The notes beneath the pieces were generated by a model, which ran no database searches, was not told the DNA's origin, and was given only the letters and a program-made list of their open reading frames with translations. A DNA stretch of 64,000 bases from NCBI GenBank assembly GCA_045590935.1, contig JAZNSA010000018.1, positions 1,512 to 65,511 of the forward strand, written 5' to 3'. This stretch comes from Clostridia bacterium (lineage in GTDB: Bacteria > Bacillota > Clostridia > UBA1381 > UMGS1253). Within the stretch, counting starts at the first letter, position 1. Every line of letters starts with the position of its first letter. Made by a program: the position numbers and the translations under genes. This document shows, in pieces, positions 39,830 through 49,498 of this stretch.

Positions 39830-41059
39830 ATGAAGCTAACAAAAAAACATACTTTAATTGCAGGTTTTACGGGGTACATAGTGCAGGCGCTCGTAAACAA
39901 CATTGCTCCCCTTTTATACGTTACATTTCAAAAGGAATTTGCAATAACTCTCGACAAAATCGGATATATCGCATCAATAAATTTTTCCGTACAAATTTTA
40001 GTTGATTTGATGTGTGCACGCTATGTAGACAAAATCGGCTACAGAAGGTGCATTTGTATTGCACTTATCTTAGCAAGCGTAGGCGTTGCAGGGCTTGGCA
40101 TTTTCCCATACATTTTCCCAAGCGCATACCTTGGAATAATTTTTTCAACTATTATAAGCGCAATCGGCGGCGGTGTATTAGAGGTTGTAATAAGTCCTAT
40201 TGTTGAGGCAATACCCGGCAATGCAAAAAGTGCCAAAATGAGTCTTCTTCATTCTTTTTACTGTTGGGGACAGGTTGGAGTAGTTGTTTTATCAACGCTA
40301 TTTTTTATATTTGCAGGAATTAATAATTGGAAATTCTTGTGCTTTCTTTGGACAATAATTCCGCTGACTAATTTTGTTTTATTTTTAAAAGTACCAATTT
40401 GGCATTTGGTCGAAGACGGGGTTTCAATGCCGTTTAAAGAGCTTATTTCAAAAAAGCTTTTTTGGTTATTCTTTGTACTTATGCTTTGTGCGGGTGCATC
40501 CGAGCTTGCAATGTCGCAATGGTCAAGTCTTTTTGCAGAGCTTGGCTTAAAGGTATCAAAGTCGGTTGGCGATATACTCGGAATGTGTTGCTTTGCAATT
40601 TTGATGGGCGTTTCTCGATTGTATTTCGGCTTTAACTCGCAAAAGCTAAAGCTTGAAAACGGCATTCTTTTAAGCAGCGTGCTATGCATAATTTCATATT
40701 TATTAACGGCTTTTTCGCCGTCGCCGCTTCTTTCTTTGATAGGATGCTCGCTATGCGGACTAAGCGTTGGATTGATGTGGCCCGGCACATATAGTCTTGC
40801 TGCAAAGGTTTTCCCAACGGGCGGAACAACAATGTTTGCAATTTTAGCGTTTGCAGGGGATATAGGTTGCTCAACAGGACCTACCCTTGTTGGAACAATT
40901 TCAACATTTATCCAAAATATCAACAAAAATATTTTTCCTTCTCTTATTCACGGAACAGATATAACCGAAATCGGACTTAAAATAGGTCTGTCTGTAATGT
41001 TTGTTTTTCCGCTTGCAATGCTTATATCGGTAGTATTGTTAAAACGAAAACACCGCTAG
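39830..41059 (+). CDS. MFS transporter, substrate unknown
   Basis: 409 aa multi-pass hydrophobic protein with the MFS two-half layout. Confidence 0.8.
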   Translation: MKLTKKHTLIAGFTGYIVQALVNNIAPLLYVTFQKEFAITLDKIGYIASINFSVQILVDLMCARYVDKIGYRRCICIALILASVGVAGLGIFPYIFPSAYLGIIFSTIISAIGGGVLEVVISPIVEAIPGNAKSAKMSLLHSFYCWGQVGVVVLSTLFFIFAGINNWKFLCFLWTIIPLTNFVLFLKVPIWHLVEDGVSMPFKELISKKLFWLFFVLMLCAGASELAMSQWSSLFAELGLKVSKSVGDILGMCCFAILMGVSRLYFGFNSQKLKLENGILLSSVLCIISYLLTAFSPSPLLSLIGCSLCGLSVGLMWPGTYSLAAKVFPTGGTTMFAILAFAGDIGCSTGPTLVGTISTFIQNINKNIFPSLIHGTDITEIGLKIGLSVMFVFPLAMLISVVLLKRKHR

Positions 41060-41202
41060 GTTATCGTTGAATTTGTTTGGCAAGCCGTTGCCCATTTTTA
41101 TTGATTTCATAATCGTAATAAGATTCCATTTTTACTGTTTCGCCATTAACAGTAATTTTGCTTCCTTCTTCTGCAACAATTAAAATGTTAACTTGTCAAT
41201 AA

Positions 41203-41298
41203 TGAAATCCGTCTTTTATCCGCCGTAGGCGATTTCATATGCGTAGCAGATTTCATCCACCGCAGGTGGATTTCTTCCGTCTGTTAAGACGGATTTAC
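41203..41298 (-). repeat. D-family structured repeat, copy D1 (downstream of ssrA terminator)
   Basis: Read on the minus strand, it is bounded by AAATCCGTCT ... AGACGGATTT inverted repeats. It shares runs of 18, 10 and 21 identical nt with D2 at 57752-57850. Confidence 0.75.
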
Positions 41299-41301
41299 AT
41301 G

Positions 41302-41330
41302 AAAAAAGAACTTTTGTCGGTAGACAAAAG
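41302..41330 (-). terminator. intrinsic terminator of ssrA
   Basis: Minus strand reads cttttgtc-tacc-gacaaaag followed by TTCTTTTTT, 12 nt after the tmRNA CCA end. Confidence 0.75.
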
Positions 41331-41342
41331 CTCTGTTTTTCA

Positions 41343-41691
41343 TGGTGGAGGCGAGGAGAGTCGAACTCCTGTCCGAAAACATATCCGCATAGGCGTCTCC
41401 GGGTGCAGTTTGTGGTCAAAATTCCCTTCGTTATAAGTCCGCAAACAAACTTATAACGTCAGTAGCTTCATTAGTCATGTTCGGCGCAAAGCTTAACCGA
41501 ATCACGTTCACTGCAAAATGACGCCCTGTCCCGAGCTGCAGTCTTCTCAGGCAGAACGGCCGCCGTTAATTAGGCAGCGTAAGCTAAATCTTTATTAGCG
41601 TTTATATTTAAAAAATTGAGCTTTTAAAGTGGCGCCCAACCACTACCCGCTTCCCACGGTTCAACGTCCCCGTCGAAACCGGTACGCCCCC
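41343..41691 (-). ncRNA. ssrA: transfer-messenger RNA (tmRNA, SsrA), 349 nt
   Basis: The 5' end GGGGGCGTACCGGTTTCGACGGGG pairs with the 3' end CGCCTCCACCA (G3:U pair). The T-arm is GGAGTTCGACTCTCC. The internal reading frame GCT AAT AAA GAT TTA GCT TAC GCT GCC TAA gives predicted tag ANKDLAYAA. It lies immediately downstream of smpB. Confidence 0.9.
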
Positions 41692-41831
41692 ATATATATT
41701 GTAAATAAATTCATTTGCAATAATTAGTATACCACATTTTTTCAATTTGTCAACAGGAAACATATTGAAGTGTGTGTATAATATTTATATATTCTTTCAG
41801 CATTATTTTAATACTGCTCAATCAAATATTT

Positions 41832-42299
41832 TTATTTATTCCTTTCCCTCAGCGCCCTCTCTATATCACGCTTCGCATCTCTTCTTGCTGCATCCTCTCT
41901 CTTATCGTAAAGCTTTTTACCTTTGCATACCGCAAGCTCAACCTTAACCTTGGAATTTTTAAGATACATACTCAAAGGCACAAGCGAATACCCCATCTGC
42001 GCCGTTATGCCAATCAATTTTCTTATTTCATTTTTATGCAAAAGAAGCTTCCTTACTCTAAGCGGGTCTTTATTAAAAATATTCCCCTTTTCATAGGGAC
42101 TTATATGCATCCCATGCACAAATATTTCTTCCGTTTTGCTGACACTTGCATAAGAATCCTTTAAATTAACGCTTCCCTGACGAACAGATTTAACCTCTGT
42201 TCCAAAAAGCTCTATTCCCGCCTCATAAACGTCCTCAATAAAATAATCATGTCGTGCTTTTTTGTTTTGAGCAATTATTTTTTTAGCATCGTTTGCCAT
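41832..42299 (-). CDS. smpB: SsrA-binding protein SmpB
   Basis: [11 protein letters not shown] and GTEVKSVR; 155 aa with a basic C-terminal tail. Confidence 0.95.
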   Translation of the reverse strand: MANDAKKIIAQNKKARHDYFIEDVYEAGIELFGTEVKSVRQGSVNLKDSYASVSKTEEIFVHGMHISPYEKGNIFNKDPLRVRKLLLHKNEIRKLIGITAQMGYSLVPLSMYLKNSKVKVELAVCKGKKLYDKREDAARRDAKRDIERALRERNK

Positions 42300-42584
42300 A
42301 GCTATCTATGCTCCCTTCATTTTCTGCTTGTAAATATTTTATCACATAATTACTATATTTTCAAGAGTTTTTGTCATTTTGAACAAAGCTACATTTTAAT
42401 TTTATACAAAAGGAAAAATTTTAAACATATTTGTAAAAAAATACTTTGTTTTTTTCTTAAAATAGTGTATAATAAATTAGAATTATAATAAAGTGATACA
42501 ATGGTAAAGTTTTTCTATAATTTAAATTTATAATATAACAAACTCAAGCTTGAAAGACAAGTTTGAATCGAAAGGAGTTTAATT

Positions 42585-44360
42585 ATGACAACAAACAAAG
42601 CAGTTTTAACTTGGCTTGACGAAATGAAAGCTATGTGCAAGCCTGAAAACGTAATTTGGATTACAGGTTGCGAAAACCAGCTTGAAGAACTAAGAGCTGA
42701 GGCTGTTGCATCGGGGGAAATCTTGAAGCTTAACCAGGATAAGCTTCCCGGCTGTTATTATCACAGAACAGCAGAAAATGACGTTGCTCGTGTTGAGGAC
42801 AGAACATTTATCTGTACTCCTACTGAGGAAGAAGCAGGTCCAATTAACAATTGGATGGACCCTGCTGAAATGTATGCAAAATTAAAGAAATTGTACTCAG
42901 GTGCAATGGCAGGAAGAACGATGTATGTTATTCCTTATTCTAAGGGTCCTATTGGCTCTCCGTTTTCTAAAATCGGTGTTGAGCTTACAGACAGCATCTA
43001 TGTTGTTTTAAACATGGCTATTATGACAAGAATTGGCGATAAGGTTATGGAAGCTTTGGGCGACAGCGACGATTTTGTTAAGTGCTTGCATGCTAAGAAA
43101 GATGTAAATCCTGAGGACAGATATATTGTTCAGTTCCCACAGGATAAAACAATTTGGTCTATCAACTCTGCTTACGGCGGTAACGTTTTGCTTGGCAAAA
43201 AATGTTTCGCACTAAGAATTGCTTCTTACCTTGGTAAGAAGGAAGGTTGGATGGCTGAGCATATGCTTATTTTGGGTCTTGAAAATCCTCAGGGCGAAGT
43301 TAAGTATATTTGCGCCGCTTTCCCATCAGCTTGCGGAAAAACAAATCTTGCAATGCTTATTCCTCCTGCATATTTAAAGGAAAAGGGCTACAAGGTTTGG
43401 ACAGTAGGCGATGATATTGCTTGGTTAAGAATTGGTCCTGACGGCAGATTATATGCCATCAACCCTGAAGCAGGCTTTTTCGGCGTTGCTCCTGGAACAA
43501 GCGAGAAAACAAACTTTAATGCTCTTGCTGCAACAAAGAAAAATACAATCTTTACAAACGTTGCTATTAATAATGAAGACAATACAGTTTGGTGGGAAGG
43601 TTTGGATAAGAATCCTCCTGTTGATGCAACAGAGTGGAAGGGTGCAAAGGTTAACGGAAAAGAATTTACTGCCAAAGGCGGTAAGCTTGCTCATCCTAAC
43701 TCAAGATTTACAGCTCCTGCAATCAACTGCCCATGTATTTCAAAAGAATTTGAAAATCTTCAGGGTGTTCCTGTTGAAGCTATCGTATTCGGTGGCAGAA
43801 GAGCAAAAACTGCTCCATTGGTATACCAGGCAAGAGATTGGCAGCACGGCGTATTCGTTGGTGCAACAATGGCATCTGAAACAACTGCAGCTGCTGCAGG
43901 TGCAGTAGGCGTCGTTCGTCGCGACCCAATGGCTATGAAGCCATTCGTTGGCTACAATATGGCTGACTATTTTGCACATTGGCTTGATATGGGTAAGAAG
44001 ATTGACCCTGAAAAAGCACCTAAGATTTTCCATGTAAACTGGTTCAGACAGGACGAAGAAGGCAACTTTATGTGGCCCGGATTTGGCGACAATATGCGCG
44101 TTCTTCTTTGGATTTTGGACAGATGTGCAGGTAAAGCTGATGCAGTTGAAAGCCCAATAGGATATTTGCCTGAGGTTAAGGACATCGATATTACAGACCT
44201 TGATATGAACTTAGACGTATTAAAAGAGCTTTTGACAGTGGACAAAGAGGTTTGGTTAGAGGATGTTGCAAACCAGAAAGAGTACTTCGCTCAGTTTGGT
44301 GATAGGCTTCCACAGGCTATCAAAGACGAGCTTAACAAGCTTGAAAGCAACTTGAAATAA
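42585..44360 (+). CDS. pckG: phosphoenolpyruvate carboxykinase (GTP)
   Basis: 591 aa with the kinase-1a motif AAFPSACGKTNLAML of GTP-dependent PEPCK. Confidence 0.92.
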   Translation: MTTNKAVLTWLDEMKAMCKPENVIWITGCENQLEELRAEAVASGEILKLNQDKLPGCYYHRTAENDVARVEDRTFICTPTEEEAGPINNWMDPAEMYAKLKKLYSGAMAGRTMYVIPYSKGPIGSPFSKIGVELTDSIYVVLNMAIMTRIGDKVMEALGDSDDFVKCLHAKKDVNPEDRYIVQFPQDKTIWSINSAYGGNVLLGKKCFALRIASYLGKKEGWMAEHMLILGLENPQGEVKYICAAFPSACGKTNLAMLIPPAYLKEKGYKVWTVGDDIAWLRIGPDGRLYAINPEAGFFGVAPGTSEKTNFNALAATKKNTIFTNVAINNEDNTVWWEGLDKNPPVDATEWKGAKVNGKEFTAKGGKLAHPNSRFTAPAINCPCISKEFENLQGVPVEAIVFGGRRAKTAPLVYQARDWQHGVFVGATMASETTAAAAGAVGVVRRDPMAMKPFVGYNMADYFAHWLDMGKKIDPEKAPKIFHVNWFRQDEEGNFMWPGFGDNMRVLLWILDRCAGKADAVESPIGYLPEVKDIDITDLDMNLDVLKELLTVDKEVWLEDVANQKEYFAQFGDRLPQAIKDELNKLESNLK

Positions 44361-44388
44361 TAAAAATCATACAAACATAAATATTAAA

Positions 44389-44431
44389 AAAACCGAAGCA
44401 GTTGATAAAACTCAAATTGCTTCGGTTTTTA
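44389..44431 (+). terminator. intrinsic terminator of pckG
   Basis: aaccgaagca / tgcttcggtt form a stem followed by TTTTT. Confidence 0.7.
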
Positions 44432-44460
44432 TTATTATTAAAATAGCAAGCTTTTTGCTC

Positions 44461-44633
44461 TACTCAAGTAAACACTGATTAAATAGCAAATTTCAAAAAC
44501 AGTCCTCCCCCCACGCTACCGCGTGCTAAACTGGCTTAACTGCAAGATTTTTTTGCTCCCTTGCCTAAAGGGAGCTGTCAGCGAAGCCGACTGAGGGATT
44601 GTAAAAATAACAATTAATCATCGTTTACTCAAG
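44461..44633 (+). repeat. R-family mosaic repeat, copy R2, bounded by imperfect about 20-bp inverted termini (MITE-like)
   Basis: The left end is tactcaagtaaacactgattaa and the right end is ttaatcatcgtttactcaag. The interior has hairpins cacgc-tacc-gcgtg and gctccc...gggagc, and the gctgtcagcgaagccgactga segment is homologous to R4. Confidence 0.7.
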
Positions 44634-44652
44634 CCAAAAGCCGTCTTCTTAC

Positions 44653-45918
44653 TTATTTACTTAACAATTTAATCAATTCAAAAAATTTCGGAAAGGAAAT
44701 ATCAACCATATTTGGCTCGTCTATTGAACTGTCTCCGTCAGCCGCAAGCGCAAGAATTGCCATACTCATTGCAATTCTATGGTCGCCATGCGAGCAAAAA
44801 TTCGCTCCCTTAACCGTTGATGCACAGCAAATAGTTATTCTATCTTCCGTTTTCTTTACATAAGCGCCTGCCTTTTCAAGCTCCTCTGCGATACTGTCTA
44901 TTCTGTTCGACTCCTTAACCTTAAGCTGAGATGCATCTTCTATAACAGTTTCACCTGATGCATACGCCGCCGCAACTGCAATAACAGGAAGCTCATCAAT
45001 CAATCTTGGAATAATACTTCCGCTAATTTTTATGCCCTTTAACGACGACGAGCGAACCCTTATATCACAAACAGGCTCGGATGCAAAATATTTGGTATTA
45101 ATAATTGATATATTTGCTCCCATATCAACAAGTACATCAATTATTCCGCTCCTCGTATGATTTATTCCAACGTTTTTGATTGTAATATCCGAATTTTTTG
45201 TTATGCACGCTCCAACTATAAAAAATGCCGCCGAAGAAATGTCCCCAGGAATATCAATACTGACTCCATTAAGTCTTTCACACGGATGAATCAAAATTTC
45301 ATTTCCTATTCGATTTATTGGCGCACCCATATATTTTAACATTAATTCCGTATGATTTCTGCACGGAATCGGCTCACGTATCGTGCTCGCATCGTCTGAA
45401 AACAGCGATGCCAATACAATCGCAGATTTAAGCTGCGCCGAGGCTTCAGGCAATGTATAATTTATACCATTAAGCTTAGCTCCGAAAATTTTAATCGGAC
45501 ACGCCTCTCCATCTATCTTTGCACCCATCATTCCAAGAGCTTGTTTAATATGTCCCATAGGGCGATTTCTTATTGAGTTATCGCAATCTATAACAGATGT
45601 AAACCTTTGTGCTGCCAAAATTCCCGCAAGCAATCTTAGGGTTGTTCCCGAATTGCCAACGTCTAAAACCTCAGTAGGGGGCAATAACCCACGCATGCCA
45701 TTTCCGTGTACGCAAACGTCATTTCCTTTTATTTGCACTTTTACACCCAGCTTTTCAAAGCACGAAACAGCCAACAAGCAATCCGCTCCGCTTAAAAAGC
45801 CGCTTATTGTTGTTTTTCCATTTGCCAGCGCACCAAGCATAATCGCTCTGTGAGAAATTGACCTGTCGCCGTCAACAGTAAATTCGCCATTAAGCGAATT
45901 TACACTATTTATTTTCAT
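44653..45918 (-). CDS. aroA: 3-phosphoshikimate 1-carboxyvinyltransferase (EPSP synthase)
   Basis: 421 aa with LDVGNSGTTLRLLAGILA. Confidence 0.93.
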   Translation of the reverse strand: MKINSVNSLNGEFTVDGDRSISHRAIMLGALANGKTTISGFLSGADCLLAVSCFEKLGVKVQIKGNDVCVHGNGMRGLLPPTEVLDVGNSGTTLRLLAGILAAQRFTSVIDCDNSIRNRPMGHIKQALGMMGAKIDGEACPIKIFGAKLNGINYTLPEASAQLKSAIVLASLFSDDASTIREPIPCRNHTELMLKYMGAPINRIGNEILIHPCERLNGVSIDIPGDISSAAFFIVGACITKNSDITIKNVGINHTRSGIIDVLVDMGANISIINTKYFASEPVCDIRVRSSSLKGIKISGSIIPRLIDELPVIAVAAAYASGETVIEDASQLKVKESNRIDSIAEELEKAGAYVKKTEDRITICCASTVKGANFCSHGDHRIAMSMAILALAADGDSSIDEPNMVDISFPKFFELIKLLSK

Positions 45919-45940
45919 CTAACCAATCCCTTGTGAAAAA

Positions 45941-46954
45941 TTATAAATCAAGCTTTAAGTCGCCATTTTTTATCCATCCAAGCTTTCTGAAACACTCCGA
46001 AATTGCAAGAGTTATAACAGCAGGAAGAACAAAGCAAACCAAAGCAAGTCCAATCCATCCAAACGTATCAAGCCCTCCGGACATAACGCCTATAGGACCA
46101 ACAAGACCGCAAGTTCCCATTCCTGATGCAACAGGAACAGAATTTGTCATTTTAAACACACAGGTTGCAATAGGACCTGTTATTGCCGATGTAATTACAG
46201 GCGGAAACCATAAAACAGGCTTTTTTGACAAATTACCCATTTGAAGCATTGACGTTCCCACGCCTTGCGCAACAAGACCTCCGACGCCGTTCTCACGGAA
46301 GCTCATAACTGCAAAGCCAATCATATGCGCACAGCAGCCCGCTGTTGCCGCACCGCCCGCAAGCCCAACAAGACCGATTGAAGCGCATATTGCCGCAGAG
46401 CTTATAGGAAGAGTTAGTGCAATACCGATTGAAACAGAAACCAAAATTCCCATTACAAACGGATGGTATGTTGTACATTCAACAATAAATTTTCCAAATG
46501 CAACAACCACCGTTGTTATCGGCGCACCTAACCATAGAATAACCGCTGTTCCTACCGCAATTGTTACAGTAGGCGTTATTATTATATCCAATTTAGTTGT
46601 TTTTGAAACAAGCTTTCCCGCCTCGCAAGAAAGAAGCGTAGCAACGTATACTAAAAACGGACCGCCCGCACCAATTGATGTAGCGCCGAATCCAACTGCA
46701 CACAAAGAAAACAAAACCAAATTTGGTGCTTTAAGCGCAGCTCCTATTGCAACAGCCATTGCGCATCCCTGCGCACCAATTCCAAATGTTTTCATTTTAA
46801 GGAAAAATTCTACCTTAGTATAATCATAAATTGTTCCAAAAATTGTTGCGATAAGCAAAGATGCAAACAAACCCATAGCCATCGCTCCGAAGGCATCAAC
46901 AAAATACACCTTTGGCGATAAAGTTATGTTCCTTTCCTTGAAAAAACCTGCCAT
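45941..46954 (-). CDS. PTS EIIC-like membrane protein (PfoR/COG3641-type)
   Basis: MAGFFKERNITLSPKVYFVDAFGAMAMGLFASLLIATIFG followed by multi-pass Gly/Ala-rich TM segments. The family call is from memory. ATG 46954 has GAGGAAG upstream. Confidence 0.6.
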   Translation of the reverse strand: MAGFFKERNITLSPKVYFVDAFGAMAMGLFASLLIATIFGTIYDYTKVEFFLKMKTFGIGAQGCAMAVAIGAALKAPNLVLFSLCAVGFGATSIGAGGPFLVYVATLLSCEAGKLVSKTTKLDIIITPTVTIAVGTAVILWLGAPITTVVVAFGKFIVECTTYHPFVMGILVSVSIGIALTLPISSAAICASIGLVGLAGGAATAGCCAHMIGFAVMSFRENGVGGLVAQGVGTSMLQMGNLSKKPVLWFPPVITSAITGPIATCVFKMTNSVPVASGMGTCGLVGPIGVMSGGLDTFGWIGLALVCFVLPAVITLAISECFRKLGWIKNGDLKLDL

Positions 46955-47029
46955 TAAAAACACTTCCTCGTTATGTAATAGAATATATACAATTATTTTG
47001 TATATTGACATCTATTATATAACAAAACC

Positions 47030-47083
47030 TTTAAAAAAACAATTAGCAAAGTGCGACAAAAAACATTTGAAAGCACTTTGCTA
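47030..47083 (-). terminator. intrinsic terminator after recO
   Basis: 11-bp stem tagcaaagtgc / gcactttgcta, followed on the minus strand by a T-rich run. Confidence 0.55.
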
Positions 47084-47120
47084 TTAGTTTAAATTGTTTA
47101 TAATCGGCTTTCAATAATTA

Positions 47121-47894
47121 TTATTGGCAAACCGAGTTAAAATATTCAAGACTTTTAAAGCTCTTTTCGCTTATATGAACAAGCATCTTATCCGCAAGCT
47201 TTGAAAGAATTAAAATATTACTCCTATCAAGAGCGAAACTATATATTTTTGAAGCATCATATAAGAGTATGTACCTCAACGCAAGCACTACGGAATTTGG
47301 AATTTTAGTCAGCCCCTCGCCACACTTTTCGCAAAGCAATCCGCCCTTTTCCGCCGAAAAGTGGCAAACATTTTCACTTTGGCACGAAACGCAACACGAT
47401 GCCTCAATTTCATAACCAATCATAGACAAAAATTTTATTTCATAAACCGCCTTCATTAAAAACAAATCTCTGTCCTTTGAAGATAGGATATGCATTGTAT
47501 TTAAAAGAAAGCTCAGCACTTCCTTCTCAGGTGATGCCTCAGGCAAAAAATATGACGTTATATCACATAAAAAAGAGGCTAAGGAAAGCTTTTCGAGCGA
47601 TGTTGTTATATTATAGAAGCTGTTTATAAGCGTTGCACCCCGCAAAGTATACATACTTTTTCCCGCACACAGGCTAAATTCACTATAGCAAAAAAGAGAG
47701 GCCGCTTGCCCTTGATGGCTTTTATATTTTCTTGCACCCTTCGCAATTGCAGTAACAACCCCGAGTTTTTCCGTAAAAACAGTTAAAATTCTATCCGCCT
47801 CACCATAATTTCTTTGCCGCAAAACAAATCCTTTGGTAATAATCGTATCCAATATTTTCACCAATTTTCCAAATATATTTTCATTTTTTCTCAA
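47121..47894 (-). CDS. recO: DNA repair protein RecO
   Basis: N-terminal OB-fold region GFVLRQRNYGEADRILTVFT and the zinc motif CVSCQS...CEKC. The exact start is uncertain (TTG 47894 overlaps the yqzL-like ORF). Confidence 0.9.
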   Translation of the reverse strand: MRKNENIFGKLVKILDTIITKGFVLRQRNYGEADRILTVFTEKLGVVTAIAKGARKYKSHQGQAASLFCYSEFSLCAGKSMYTLRGATLINSFYNITTSLEKLSLASFLCDITSYFLPEASPEKEVLSFLLNTMHILSSKDRDLFLMKAVYEIKFLSMIGYEIEASCCVSCQSENVCHFSAEKGGLLCEKCGEGLTKIPNSVVLALRYILLYDASKIYSFALDRSNILILSKLADKMLVHISEKSFKSLEYFNSVCQ

Positions 47895-48036
47895 CTACGC
47901 AAAGCAAAGATTGAAAACCATCCTCTGTTTCGCTGTTGCTTAAAAAAACCGAAAAATCCGTTTCCTCTTTTAGCACCAAATAATCGTACACGCTACCGCT
48001 TTTTAAAAACCTTTGCCACATAAACTGCTCAAACAT
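47881..48036 (-). CDS. YqzL-like small protein (51 aa; below ORF-track cutoff)
   Basis: My translation is MFEQFMWQRFLKSGSVYDYLVLKEETDFSVFLSNSETEDGFQSLLCVVEKK, with GGAGGG 7 nt upstream. It sits between era and recO exactly where yqzL lies in Bacillus, and the W..F..tG....YL..KE pattern fits that family (from memory). Confidence 0.55.
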   Translation of the reverse strand: MFEQFMWQRFLKSGSVYDYLVLKEETDFSVFLSNSETEDGFQSLLCVVEKK

Positions 48037-48110
48037 TTTAATTCCCTCCATAAAACCTTTGATAGTTTTATGATTTGCGAATTCAAAAGCTAATATACTG
48101 TAACAATTTT

Positions 48111-49007
48111 CTAGTTGTCGCTATAGCCAAAATTTTTCATAAGATAATTGTTGTTTCTCCAATCTGTTTTAACTCTTACAAAAAGCTCCAAATAAACCTT
48201 TTTTCCGAGCATTTTTTCAATATCCGTTCTTGCAAGCGAGCCAACACGTTTTAATACTGCGCCGCCCTTGCCGATTACAATTCCCTTATGCGACTGCTTT
48301 TCGCAATAAATACTTGCAAGGATTTCCGTTATTTGTTTTTTTTCTTTCATTTTTTCAATTTCAATGGCAATTCCGTGCGGAACTTCTTTATCAAGTATCC
48401 AAAGAAGCTTTTCTCTTATTATTTCAGCCGCAATCTGTTTTTCAGGCTGGTCTGTTATCATATCATCAGGGAAAAAGGCGGGTCCGGGTTGCAAATAGTG
48501 CCTTATTTCAAAAATCAAATTATCTATTCCATCATTTTTCTTTGCGCTTATCGGAATAATTGCCTCGAAATTATGAAGCCCCGAAAAATCCGCAATCAAG
48601 GGAAGAATTGTTTCCTTTTTAACAAGGTCAACCTTGTTTATAACTAAAATTGCAGGAACGCCAAGCGCTTTCAGGTTTGCCGCTATTTCACGCTCCGTTT
48701 CCGTTGGCAAAAGAGTTGCATCAACAACAAACAAAACAACATCCATCTCTTTCATCGACTCGTTTGCAACCTTAACCATATACTCGCTAAGCTTCGTTCT
48801 CGGCTTATGTATGCCCGGGGTATCGTTAAAAATAATCTGACAATCGTCCGCATTATAAATTGCTAAAATTTTATTTCTCGTCGTTTGAGGTTTATCCGAA
48901 ATTATTGCAATTTTTTCGCCTACAATCGCATTTAAAAGCGTTGATTTTCCAACATTAGGCCTGCCTATTATAGACACAAAGCCCGATTTGAACTCATTAT
49001 TCATCAT
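48111..49007 (-). CDS. era: GTPase Era
   Basis: GRPNVGKSTLLN, DTPG and NKVD, plus a C-terminal KH domain; 298 aa. Confidence 0.95.
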   Translation of the reverse strand: MMNNEFKSGFVSIIGRPNVGKSTLLNAIVGEKIAIISDKPQTTRNKILAIYNADDCQIIFNDTPGIHKPRTKLSEYMVKVANESMKEMDVVLFVVDATLLPTETEREIAANLKALGVPAILVINKVDLVKKETILPLIADFSGLHNFEAIIPISAKKNDGIDNLIFEIRHYLQPGPAFFPDDMITDQPEKQIAAEIIREKLLWILDKEVPHGIAIEIEKMKEKKQITEILASIYCEKQSHKGIVIGKGGAVLKRVGSLARTDIEKMLGKKVYLELFVRVKTDWRNNNYLMKNFGYSDN

Positions 49008-49014
49008 ATTTCTC

Positions 49015-49497
49015 CTATCTTGTAAGACCTATTTGCTTTAGCGCAAGCTCTTCCTTTTCTCTCATAACAAGGCGCGATTCTTCGCTGTCCTCGTGGTCGT
49101 ATCCCAAAAGATGAAGCATAGAATGGGCACACAAAAAACCGATTTCCCGCTCAATGCTATGCCCAAACTCAACAGACTGCTCCTTTGCCCTCTCTAAGCT
49201 TATTACAATATCGCCCAAAAGAAGCCCCTCTTCTAAATCCTCATCACCACTTATGATATTATGCTCCTCATCAAATTCGAGCATCGGAAACGACAATACA
49301 TCTGTAGCGCTGTCCTTTTGTCTGAATTCGTAATTAAGAGCGTGAATATTCTCATTATCCGTTATAACAACAGAAATCTCGCAATCAAGCTCAAATTTTT
49401 CACACTTCAAGACAGCCCCTGCAACATCGGTCAATATTTTTTCATATTCTTTAGTGAATGGGATTTTATCCTGCTCATTCTCTATATAAATTTCCAT
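49015..49497 (-). CDS. ybeY: rRNA maturation RNase YbeY
   Basis: Zinc motif HSMLHLLGYDHE. The start at MEIYIENEQ (49497) is preferred because the track start overlaps phoH. Confidence 0.9.
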   Translation of the reverse strand: MEIYIENEQDKIPFTKEYEKILTDVAGAVLKCEKFELDCEISVVITDNENIHALNYEFRQKDSATDVLSFPMLEFDEEHNIISGDEDLEEGLLLGDIVISLERAKEQSVEFGHSIEREIGFLCAHSMLHLLGYDHEDSEESRLVMREKEELALKQIGLTR

Positions 49498-49498
49498 A

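Noticed and set aside
41060-41200. A minus-strand open stretch IVAEEGSKITVNGETVKMESYYDYEINKNGQRLAKQIQR* lies between the MFS gene and D1.
   Set aside because: There is no start codon with an SD (the frame opens after a TAA with ATT), and the longest ATG-initiated piece is 22 aa. It is probably a gene relic and too weak to call.
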